Below are positions 19,943 to 28,817 of a stretch of DNA of 64,000 bases, one piece after another. The notes beneath the pieces were generated by a model that did not search any database, had not been told where the DNA came from, and saw only the letters and a list, made by a program, of their open reading frames with translations. The first letter of the stretch is position 1; the number at the start of each line of letters is the position of its first letter. Both the position numbers and the translations under genes were made by a program. Source of the stretch: an uncultured delta proteobacterium (GTDB lineage: Bacteria > Myxococcota > Kuafuiibacteriia > Kuafuiibacteriales > Kuafuiibacteriaceae); contig CAWDML010000001.1 of assembly GCA_963803435.1 (NCBI GenBank), positions 2,048,001-2,112,000 of the forward strand, given 5' to 3'.

Positions 19943-20814
19943 GCGGCGCTCTCCCCCAGGAACTCCCGCAGATGGGGAAGGATCCGCTCGTGGGCGTCCT
20001 CGAGCACGTAGTGGCCGGCGTCGACGAAGTAGTGCGTGACGGCCCGCGGGAAGCGGCGCTTCCACTCGCCGTAAAACCAGTCGTCGAAGACGAAGTCCTT
20101 GGCGCCCCAGCAGATCAGCATCGGGTGATCGGCGAACCGCTGGAGGCCCTCGCCGATCTCGACGAGGAGCGGATAGCCGGGATGCCGCGCGCCCGTCGGG
20201 ATGTCCTGCACGAAGCGCAGGTTGGCGACTCGGTTCTTCCACGAGTCGTACGGGAACAGATAGCCCTCCTCGATCTCGGGCGTGAGCCGCTCCTTGTGGA
20301 CCACGCAGCTCATGAGCGCGCCGCGCGCGAAGGCGTTGAAGCCGCGGATGGCCAGCGCGCCGAAGACGGGGACGCGGCACAGTCCGATCGCCCAGGGCAT
20401 CTTGTCGGCGGGGAAGGCGGCGGTGTTGAAGATGACGAAGCGCTCGGCCAGCTCGGGACGCCGCACGGCCAGGCCCATGCCGATGGCGCCGCCCCAGTCG
20501 TGGAGCACGAACGTGGCGGAGCGGAGCTCGAGGTGATCGACCAGCGCGGAGAGGTTCTCGATGTGATGGTCGAGCGTGTATGCGTAGTCCTGCGGCTTGT
20601 CGGAGAGCCCGCAGCCCAGGTGGTCAGGCGCGATCACGCGGTGCCGGCCGGCCAGGCCCTTGATCAGGTTCCGGTAGTAGAACGACCAGGTGGGGTTGCC
20701 GTGGAGCATGATCAGCGCCGGCGCCTCGCGCGGTCCTTCGTCGAGGTAGTGCATGCGGCCGGCGGGCAGCTCGGCGAAGCGGCTCTCGAACGGATAGTGG
20801 TCGCGGTAGCTCAC
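19939..20814 (-). CDS. oleB: OleB beta-lactone decarboxylase (haloalkane-dehalogenase-like hydrolase)
   Basis: MHYLDEG, HGNPTWSFYYR, PDHLGCGLSDKP, LHDWGGAIG, AGHYVLED. Confidence 0.9.
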   Translation of the reverse strand: MSYRDHYPFESRFAELPAGRMHYLDEGPREAPALIMLHGNPTWSFYYRNLIKGLAGRHRVIAPDHLGCGLSDKPQDYAYTLDHHIENLSALVDHLELRSATFVLHDWGGAIGMGLAVRRPELAERFVIFNTAAFPADKMPWAIGLCRVPVFGALAIRGFNAFARGALMSCVVHKERLTPEIEEGYLFPYDSWKNRVANLRFVQDIPTGARHPGYPLLVEIGEGLQRFADHPMLICWGAKDFVFDDWFYGEWKRRFPRAVTHYFVDAGHYVLEDAHERILPHLREFLGESAA

Positions 20815-21858
20815 CACTTCACCCCCATCATCAGGCAGGAGAGCCCGCTGCCGATGCCGAGGAGCGCCACCGTCTGGCCGGCGCTGACGAAGCCGGCCTC
20901 GGCGGCGAGACCCAGCGAGATCGGGAGCGACACCGAGCCGACGTTCCCCAGGCGATCGTAGGTGACGTAGCCGCGGGCTGGATCGAGCGCGAGCGCGGCG
21001 AAGAGCGCGGCGTGGTGGCCCTTCCCCACCTGGTGCGTGATCACGCGATCGGGCGCGGCGATGCCGGTGGCCTCCACGAACCCCGGCCAGGTGCGCCCGG
21101 CCAGCGACACGCCCGCGTGAAGCAGCGCCTCGCTGTCGGTCGACATCGTGAGCGCGGTGGCATCGCCCACGCCGGTGTCGCCGCCCTCGATCCCGCCCCG
21201 GCAAAGGCGGTGGTGCTCGGTCGCGGAGCGGACAGCGGCGCCCAGCAGCCGGTGGCCAGGCGCGAGGTCGGCGCGCGCCAGCACCAGGGCGGCCGCGCCG
21301 GCGCCGATCGTCAGCGAGGCGATCGAGTCCTTGATGCTCGTCCGGGAGATCGCGGGATCGGCGAGGAGCGCCGCGATCGTCGACTCCACCAGCGGCTTGC
21401 CGTTCTCACCAGCCACCACCAGCGCCGCCTCGATCTGGTGAAGCTCGATCATATTGGCCGCCACCGTCACCGCGTTCATGGCGCCCAGGCACGCGTTCGA
21501 GAGATCGAAGAGCACGCACGACGGTGCGAGGCCGAGCGCCTCGTGCACCACGTTGGCGGTGGCGGGCTCGAGGAAGTCGCGGCATACGCTGGCGTGGATC
21601 AGGCAGCCGATCCGGGCGGGATCGATCCCGCTCCGCTCGAGCGCCTGCGCACCGGCCCGCGCCGCGATCGCGCTCGGCGCCACTGGATCGGGCCAGAAGC
21701 GCCTCTCGCGGATCCCCGTCATCAGCTCGAGTCGACCGGGGTGGAGACCGATCCGCTGGTAGACCGGCGCCAGGCGATCTTCGAGCGCCTCCGAGGTCCA
21801 GACCTCGGGCCCCAGAATCCCACCCGAGCCCGGCGATCGAGACCTTGGTCCAGCGCAT
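20811..21858 (-). CDS. oleA: OleA thiolase-fold condensing enzyme; 1-nt frameshift near 21820
   Basis: MRWTKVSIAGLG joins GRLELMTGIRERRFW, SVCRDFLEPATA, DLSNACLG, THQVG, LLGIGSGL if one G of a G-run is removed. Confidence 0.9.
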
Positions 21859-22166
21859 GGCTCCGTCCCAATACTGGCCGCACGAGGCCGAAGCAAGGTC
21901 GCGTTGTGAGCCGCTTCTACGCCCGATTCATTGATCTTTTATCGGTTGGTGATCGATCGCGGGTCGGCGATCGGATCGCGGTGCGTTGCGCCGGCCCCCG
22001 ACCGCCTCTCGAATGCTGCCGCCCTTGAGCCGGTCCCCCTGGACACGATCCTTCTCCTCGCCGCGGAGCCGCAGCGCGCCGACTCATGTGGTTCGCCCTC
22101 CGACCCGGAGTGACCGCGTGGGCAGACCGTTGGTCAAGTGCGCGCTCGTACGATACGATTCGCCTG

Positions 22167-22967
22167 ATGCGGTCGGCCGTCATCCTCGGGCTCTTCCTGG
22201 TCGCCTGCACCAGCCGCGGGCCTGGCCAGGCGGTCTCGACCCTCGTGAGGCTCCCGCCGAACGACGATCGCACCCTCTTCGCAGTGATCAATCTCGCCGA
22301 CTCGGTGGCCCCCGAGGATCGCTACGGCCGCCTCGGTAACGTCCCCCGCCTCGGTGGGCCGATGCTCGAGGTGGTCGCGGTCGAGCCGTACGTGATCTCG
22401 TTCAAACCCAGCGCGTTCAACGGCGTCACCGGCCCGGAGCTGGTCTACGCCGGCGGGCCCTCGGTCCTGCGCGACGGCCTGGACGCCCTCCACCTCCCGC
22501 CGGCCGAGGCGGTGTTCACCGTGGAGGCGGGCGAGCTGGTCCCCGCGGACGCGCCGGAGAGCATGCGCGATCTCCGGGTCCCTTGCGATGGCAGCCGCGC
22601 CGCCACCCGTCCCAACGTCGAGGAGGATCCCGTGCCGCGCTGCGCGGTCGAGGATGCCGCCGTGGTGATCACCTGCGCCAAGCTGGCCGCCTCGCCGACG
22701 CTTCGTCACCTGCAGAGCGGAGGGCGTGAGCTACCGGTGACGATGACGCAGGAGGGATGCCGCGTCGATTTCGTCTGCCGTGACGAGCAGGACTGCGCGC
22801 CCGGCTTCCCGCTCCGCGCCATCCTCCCGCCGCGCGCCGTCGGCAGCGGCGATGCGGCGCTCGTCGAGCTGTTCAGCGTCGTGGATCCCAGCCTGCGCTG
22901 CGGGCGGACCGAGACCGATCCACCCACGTTCGCGTGCCCGGACAGCACCTGGACGCTCCTGCCCTGA
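22167..22967 (+). CDS. Hypothetical lipoprotein
   Basis: MRSAVILGLFLVAC lipobox. Confidence 0.7.
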   Translation: MRSAVILGLFLVACTSRGPGQAVSTLVRLPPNDDRTLFAVINLADSVAPEDRYGRLGNVPRLGGPMLEVVAVEPYVISFKPSAFNGVTGPELVYAGGPSVLRDGLDALHLPPAEAVFTVEAGELVPADAPESMRDLRVPCDGSRAATRPNVEEDPVPRCAVEDAAVVITCAKLAASPTLRHLQSGGRELPVTMTQEGCRVDFVCRDEQDCAPGFPLRAILPPRAVGSGDAALVELFSVVDPSLRCGRTETDPPTFACPDSTWTLLP

Positions 22968-22968
22968 G

Positions 22969-24009
22969 CTACCGGCTTCCGGCGCCGTACCAGTACTGAA
23001 GCACGGCAGCGGCGGGCTTGTTGCGCGGCGTGTAGCTCTGGTCGTCGGCCCCGCCGAAGCCGAACCAGTTCCACACGAAGAGCCCGGCGAGGCGACGATC
23101 GTCGTGCCAGGTACGGAAGAGCGCGCGGTAGCATGCGAGCTGGAGCTGGAGATCCGGCGCGGCGTGCCGGTACTCCCAAGGACGCACGGCGCCGTAGGTC
23201 GACGAGGGATAGCCGACCTCGGTGAAGAGGTAGTGAAGGTCGTGCATCGAGGCGAAGCTGGTGAGGCGCGCCTTGAACGGCAGGAACCCGGCGGCGAGCG
23301 TCACGTCGTCTCGGACCTCGGCGGTGCGCGCAAGCGGCTGATAGGCGGTCACGCCCATGACGTCGAGCGCGTCCCAGAACGCGATCGGTTCGAAGTGATC
23401 CCAGTTCGCGGAGTAGGTGAGCTGGCCGCCGTACGTCGCCCGGACCGAGGCGATCAACGCGCGCCACCGGGCTCGGTCCTGCTCCATGCTGACCAGCTCG
23501 CTTCCAACCGAGAAGAGGTCGACCCGGGTCGCGGCGGCAAGCGCGGCGTAGTGCAGGATGAACGCCTGGTACGACCGCCACCATTCGTCACGATCGCCCG
23601 GCGCGAGCGTTCCCCGCCACTCTCGACCCCGGCGGTGACGCAGTCGGAGGATCGGCATCAGGAACACCCGAAGCCCGCGCGCCTCGGAGTCGCCGATCAC
23701 GTGGGCGAGGAGCGCATCGCTCGCCGTCGAGGCGTCGGGTGCGATGGTGCTCGAGCGGATGTCGCCCATCGTCCACTCCACCACAATCTGCACATCCGTA
23801 GCGCCGAGCGCCCTCATCTCGTCGAGCAGGGTCCGGTAGATCGCTCGCTGCTCGTCGGGATCCGGCGTGCTTGCGAACATCCCCAGGGAGACTCCGCGGC
23901 GAAACTCGAGGGGGCGCGCCGCCGGCGCAGGCAAATCCCGCACCGCGTCGGGCTTCGTGCACGCCGATCCGCAGGTCACGAGCAGCAGAAGTGCAAGGCG
24001 CTTTGCGAT
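22969..24009 (-). CDS. Glycoside hydrolase family 113-like TIM-barrel lipoprotein
   Basis: RVFLMPIL, WRG, FSVGSEL, LTYSANWD, VMGVTAYQPL, LFTEVGYPS, GLFVWNW, YTPRNKPA; start codon uncertain. Confidence 0.85.
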   Translation of the reverse strand: MAKRLALLLLVTCGSACTKPDAVRDLPAPAARPLEFRRGVSLGMFASTPDPDEQRAIYRTLLDEMRALGATDVQIVVEWTMGDIRSSTIAPDASTASDALLAHVIGDSEARGLRVFLMPILRLRHRRGREWRGTLAPGDRDEWWRSYQAFILHYAALAAATRVDLFSVGSELVSMEQDRARWRALIASVRATYGGQLTYSANWDHFEPIAFWDALDVMGVTAYQPLARTAEVRDDVTLAAGFLPFKARLTSFASMHDLHYLFTEVGYPSSTYGAVRPWEYRHAAPDLQLQLACYRALFRTWHDDRRLAGLFVWNWFGFGGADDQSYTPRNKPAAAVLQYWYGAGSR

Positions 24010-24037
24010 GGTCTGATCGTAGAAGTAATCTGCTTCA

Positions 24038-24980
24038 ATGCAACGCCTGCCCCTCGCGTTCCTCGCCTTGGCTTCGTTCGGATGCGATTCGGGAGTCGGC
24101 GGCCGGACGCTCCCCGACGGCGGAGGGGATCGAGGACATGGGCGTCCTCGAGGTGCCCGACTCCGGCGCGATCGACAAGCCCGACAGCGGCCCTCCCGCG
24201 TGTGTCGACCTCACCGTGTTCGGGGACGCGGACGGCAATCAGTACGGAGTCTCCACCGACACGCTCTCCGTCTGTCTTCGCTCGGGAGAGGAGGAGCCGG
24301 GATATTCGCGCCAGGCCGGTGACTGCAAGCCGACCGATCCGTGGGCGAACCCGTCGGCGCCCGAGATCTGCAACGACTACTATGACGACAACTGCGACGA
24401 CGTGGACGAGGCGTGCCCCACCACCAACGAGGCCATGCTCGACGTTCCGGCGTGGGATTGCCTCGGCAGCTCGATCCCGAGCAACGTGTACGCGTACGCG
24501 CTCTTCGCCGACGGTGGGACGTACTTCCACCCGAACGGCTGCTTCGTCTTTTTCGAGGGCCTCCCCAACGAGTTCTATGTCCAGCGCCTGAGCTTCACTC
24601 CGGTGAGCACCGACGCGAGCTGCACCCAGATCAACGGCTGCGTCTGCCCCAGCTCACCGAGCTATGACCGGCGCATGTACGCAGTGACCAAGAGCGACGT
24701 CGTCGATCCATGCACCCAGCTCTCCATCATCGATCACGGGGGCGAGACCCAGCCGGTCTCGACCGACTGCCGCAAGTTCCTCTATCAGATGCACTGGCCG
24801 ACGATGCCTCCGCCGCCGTACTCTTACGTCGCAGGCAGCCTCGAGGCGCTCGACCGCCGCATCACGTTGTATCCGATCGTCGAGATCGTCTGCGCCAACA
24901 ATCCACCGAACGGCTTCCTCCCCTTCGCGAGCCTGCTCTCCACGCCGATCCAGAAGAACCCCGGCTTCGCGAAGAAGTGA
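24038..24980 (+). CDS. Cys-rich lipoprotein with a MopE-like metal-binding repeat; frameshift near 24125
   Basis: MQRLPLAFLALASFGC lipobox joins the frame with DADG...GDC...NPSAPEICNDYYDDNCD across a G-run. Confidence 0.75.
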
Positions 24981-24983
24981 GCG

Positions 24984-25826
24984 ATGCGCCCCGCACGGAT
25001 CGCTCTCGCCGCCCTCTCGCTCTCGGTCGCGCCGAGCTCGGCGTGGGCCGGCCCGTGGACGAAGAGTCTGGGAGAGGTCTACCTCAAGCTCTCGGAGAGC
25101 GTGTTCCTGGCGGGAGAGTTCGTGGATCCGCGCACCAGCCGGGTCGTGGGTCTCACCGACGACATCTCGCACGAGAGCTTCACCACCGCGATCTACTTGG
25201 AGGCAGGCATCTTCGATCGGCTGCATCTGCAGCTCTATCTCCCGTGGACGGCCGGGCTCAATGACTTCCAGGGTACCGCGCGCTACCTGTCGCTCGGGTT
25301 CGGCGATCTGGTCGCAGGCCTGCAGTGGTCTAGCCCCTGGATCCCGTTCCCGCACGCGATCCGGGCCGAGGTGAAGGTACCGCTCTACGACATCGCCGAT
25401 CCGAAGGGCTTCGAGGGTGTCCGGTTCCCGGCGCGCGGCGACGGTCAGGTCGATGCCACCCTGTGGCTCTCAGCCGGAGCCTCCCTCTCGGAGGTCCCGA
25501 TCTACCTCTACGGAGAGATTGGACATCGCTTCCGCACGGAGCTCTACGTGGGCGAAGGGGACGACCTCAGATTCTCCGACTCCTTCGTCTTCTTGGGGCA
25601 GATCGGCTGGACCACGCCGATCACCCTCTTGGTCGCGGCCTCCGTCAACGGCGTGGTCCCGTACGCCGCGGACGAGGTCACCAAGGGCTATGTGAACGTC
25701 GGCGGATCGCTGTTCCTGCCGATCGTGGGTGGCCTCTCGGTCGAAGCGAGCGTGGACGGAACGGCGTGGGCGCGGGCCAGCTCGCGCGGAGTGTCCATCA
25801 GCGCCGGGATGTCGTACCGGATGTGA
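24984..25826 (+). CDS. Putative outer-membrane beta-barrel protein
   Basis: Signal peptide ending AWA, amphipathic beta strands, terminal SYRM. Confidence 0.7.
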   Translation: MRPARIALAALSLSVAPSSAWAGPWTKSLGEVYLKLSESVFLAGEFVDPRTSRVVGLTDDISHESFTTAIYLEAGIFDRLHLQLYLPWTAGLNDFQGTARYLSLGFGDLVAGLQWSSPWIPFPHAIRAEVKVPLYDIADPKGFEGVRFPARGDGQVDATLWLSAGASLSEVPIYLYGEIGHRFRTELYVGEGDDLRFSDSFVFLGQIGWTTPITLLVAASVNGVVPYAADEVTKGYVNVGGSLFLPIVGGLSVEASVDGTAWARASSRGVSISAGMSYRM

Positions 25827-25843
25827 AGCGAGGTGCATGAAGC

Positions 25844-26749
25844 ATGAAGCGATGGATCCTGCCCCTCCTCCTCGTCGCCTGCGCCGACTACGTCCACTAC
25901 GACGGAGACGGCCCGGGAGGCTTCGTCGGGAGCGGCTCGCTCGACGAGGAGACGCGAACGAAGCTCGCGATGGCCGATCACCTGGATCACCTGCTGCTCC
26001 GCAGTCTGGCCGGCCGGTTCGTGGTCGCGACCGATCCGGACCAGGTCTACTTCGACTACGACGCGCTCTCCGCGAGCGACGAGGGCAAGCTGCTCCTCGA
26101 CCAGTACCTGGCGGTGCTCGACCTGGTCAGCGCCGATCAGCTACGGGACGGGCCTGAGCGCCTCGCGTACTGGATCAACGGGTACAACGCCGCGGTGATC
26201 CGCGGAGTGATCGGCACCTATGGCGGCGACCCCACCTACTCGGTGAGCGCCGGGGGCTTCGTCTTTTTCGACACCCCGAGCTTCAGCTTCGGCGGGGAGG
26301 TGCTGAGCCTCAACCAGATCGAGCATGCGATCATCCGCGGCGACGAGACGCACGACGCCTTCACGCGCTCGTCTCCCGAGCAGCAAGGTCGACTCCGTGA
26401 GCTCCACGCGTCCCTCTTCGAGGGCGGCCCGGTCGATGCTCGCGTGCACTTGGCGCTCAACTGTGGCTCGCTCTCCTGCCCCAACCTGCTCGGCGCCGAT
26501 CCGTACGTCTTCCGCCCAGAGACGCTGGACGCGCAGCTCGAGGCCGCGAGCGACGCCTTCGTCGAGAACGCGATCAAAGGGGCGGGACCAGACGGCGTCT
26601 CCCAGATCTTCGACTGGTACGCCGAAGACTTCGAGACCGAGTACGGGAACGCCGCCGGCTTCATCCAGCGGCATCGCGAACACGGCCTGACCGGCGTGAA
26701 CCTCGATCGATTCATCACCTACGACTGGTCGCTCAACATCGCCCGGTGA
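25844..26749 (+). CDS. DUF547-domain lipoprotein
   Basis: LAYWINGYNA, SLNQIEHAIIR, DARVHLALNCGSLSCP, SQIFDWYAEDF, YDWSLN. Confidence 0.9.
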   Translation: MKRWILPLLLVACADYVHYDGDGPGGFVGSGSLDEETRTKLAMADHLDHLLLRSLAGRFVVATDPDQVYFDYDALSASDEGKLLLDQYLAVLDLVSADQLRDGPERLAYWINGYNAAVIRGVIGTYGGDPTYSVSAGGFVFFDTPSFSFGGEVLSLNQIEHAIIRGDETHDAFTRSSPEQQGRLRELHASLFEGGPVDARVHLALNCGSLSCPNLLGADPYVFRPETLDAQLEAASDAFVENAIKGAGPDGVSQIFDWYAEDFETEYGNAAGFIQRHREHGLTGVNLDRFITYDWSLNIAR

Positions 26750-26759
26750 TTCGGCCGCT

Positions 26760-27007
26760 CAACGTGACGCGTGATCACGTTGAGACGATTTCAGAGGTTG
26801 ATCTGGGCGATGTTGATGATCAGCGACGCCAGCGCGCGCTCGTCGTAGTGCCGGGTGGCCTCCTCGGTGAGCGCCAGCGCGGCGCGTTCGGCGTCGTTGA
26901 AGTAGGGAGAGTCCCGCCAGGCGGCCACCGCGAAGAGCCGTTCGTCGGGGTCGACACAAAAGGCGCAGCCGTTGATCTGGCTCGAGGTTCTTCATTCGTG
27001 CTTTCAT
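26760..27007 (-). pseudogene. Carboxymuconolactone decarboxylase/AhpD-family pseudogene
   Basis: MKARMKN // SQINGCAFCVD // DERLFAVAAWRDSPYFNDAERAALALTEEATR // HYDERALASLIINIAQINL*NRLNV; internal deletions, a frameshift and a TGA at the conserved Trp. Confidence 0.85.
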
Positions 27008-27106
27008 CGTGAATCTCCTCTGACCCGACAACATTCGAACCGAGCCGCGATCGACACCGATCTCGGGGTCCCCTGTCGAAAATGTGGCGCAGGAGGATCG
27101 ACTGAC

Positions 27107-28486
27107 TTGGGGAGCGTCGGCGAGCGAGCGAGAGAGACGTGGCAGGCGTTTCGCCGGCCCGAGCTCGAGGAGGAGCGGCGCGCGGCCCGGGCGGTCTGGG
27201 GAGCACTGCCGGATTCGCTTCGAACGCCGGACCAGGCGCTCGGCCGGCATTCGGCGGGTTGCGCGGCGACGTACGGCATCATGGAGGCGTGCGACTTCTA
27301 CTGCACCGCCTGCTACCTCGCCGATGAAGCGAACCACACGCCTCCGCTCTCCTTCGAGGCGGTCAAGGCGCAGCTCGATCGGATGCGGCGCTACCTCGGT
27401 CCTTGGGGCAACGCGCAGATCTCGTCGGGGGAGGTCACGCTCCTGCCCTGCGACGATCTGGTCCGGATCATCCGGTACGCCCGTGCGATCGAGCTGAGCC
27501 CGATGCTCATGACGAACGGCCGGAGGATCCTCGAAGATCCGAGCTACCTCGAGCGACTCGTGAACGAAGCCGGGCTCGACAAGATCGCGATCCACATCGA
27601 CACCACGGAGAAGGGGCGCCCCGGCCTGAAGAAGGGGGACCGCGAGGCCGACATCCACTGGATCCGCGACGCATTCGCGCGCCTCGTCCGCGAGACACGG
27701 CGGCGCACCGGGCGACCGCTGGCCGCGGCCCAGACCTTCACGGTCACCGACGAGAGCTTCGACGACGTCCCTGACGTGATGCGCTGGATGGCGAGGAACG
27801 CAGACGCCTTTAGGATGATCAGCTTCCAGCCGACCGCCTCCGTCGGCCGCACCCGGGCGCACCGGCGGCCGGAGCCCGTGTCGCGGCTCTGGGAGAAGAT
27901 CGACGCGGGGCTCGGCGCCGCCGTGAACCCATCGCCGTTCCTGTTCGGCCACCCGGAGTGCAACCAGGTCTCGCTCTCGTTCGTCGTCTGCTTTCTGAAT
28001 GGCGACAGTGAAGAAGAGGTCCACCTCCTCGACGTCGCCCGCAAGGGCGTGGCCGAGGATGCCCGGTTCTTCCGGACGCTGCTCAACAAAGGATTCCAGG
28101 GCTTCTCTCCGGACGGCGAGCCGGACCGGATCCTTCTCGCTCGGATCCTCGGGCGTATCGCACGGCGTCCGCGCTTCCTCCCCGAGATCCTCGGCTACTG
28201 CGCCTCCCGTACCTGGGGAGAGCGCTCCTGGATCCCCCGGCTGGTGCGGGCCGCGCTCGCCGGGCGGCGTTGGTACGTGAAACCGCTGGTGGTGGTGGTG
28301 CACAACTTCATGAGCGCGGACGATCTGGCCACTCCGCTCGGCCAGGAGCGGCTCGCGGCCTGCGCCTTCCGGGTACCGGTCGACGGGCGCATGGTCTCGA
28401 TGTGCGAGCTGAACGGGACAGCGCTCCGAGCCGAGCTCAACCGGAGCGCGCAGGAGCGACTGGTACAGCTCCGCACCCCCGGGTGA
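27107..28486 (+). CDS. Radical SAM protein
   Basis: CDFYCTAC motif, SSGEVTL, TNG, ISFQP; TTG start after AGGAGG. Confidence 0.88.
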   Translation: MGSVGERARETWQAFRRPELEEERRAARAVWGALPDSLRTPDQALGRHSAGCAATYGIMEACDFYCTACYLADEANHTPPLSFEAVKAQLDRMRRYLGPWGNAQISSGEVTLLPCDDLVRIIRYARAIELSPMLMTNGRRILEDPSYLERLVNEAGLDKIAIHIDTTEKGRPGLKKGDREADIHWIRDAFARLVRETRRRTGRPLAAAQTFTVTDESFDDVPDVMRWMARNADAFRMISFQPTASVGRTRAHRRPEPVSRLWEKIDAGLGAAVNPSPFLFGHPECNQVSLSFVVCFLNGDSEEEVHLLDVARKGVAEDARFFRTLLNKGFQGFSPDGEPDRILLARILGRIARRPRFLPEILGYCASRTWGERSWIPRLVRAALAGRRWYVKPLVVVVHNFMSADDLATPLGQERLAACAFRVPVDGRMVSMCELNGTALRAELNRSAQERLVQLRTPG

Positions 28487-28547
28487 GCGACGCGCTGCGC
28501 GTCTTCTGTTCGGCCTCAGCTCCCTGCGCGGAAGACCGGCCGCCGCG

Positions 28548-28733
28548 TCACGGGATCAGGTCGAGCGCCGCCAAGCTCGTGATCGCGCCGATGCCGACCA
28601 CGAGCAGGCGAATCCGCGCTGGCGTCGACACACGGAGGGCTCGGACCGGGAGCCACGCCGGGTAGCCGAGGTGTGCCATCGTCTCGGTGATGCGCTCCGC
28701 GTGCGTGACCTCGTTGATGCCTCCGAAGGCGAG
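28548..28733 (-). pseudogene. DoxX-like membrane protein fragment
   Basis: AFGGINEVTHAERITETMAHLGYPAW resembles a DoxX_2 N-terminal region; no intact start. Confidence 0.4.
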
Positions 28734-28817
28734 GATTTCGTAGAGGCGATGACGGCGTGGCGCCTGATTTAAGCAGCATTAAGCCGCACCGCTCGGGCGC
28801 GAAGCATAGAGCGAGTC

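Noticed and set aside
21925-21950. FNR box upstream of oleA
   Set aside because: Only one TTGAT half-site; the second half does not match ATCAA
26790-26796. In-frame TGA in the AhpD-like gene as recoding
   Set aside because: It falls on a conserved Trp (NLWNRLN) in a gene that is already deleted and frameshifted
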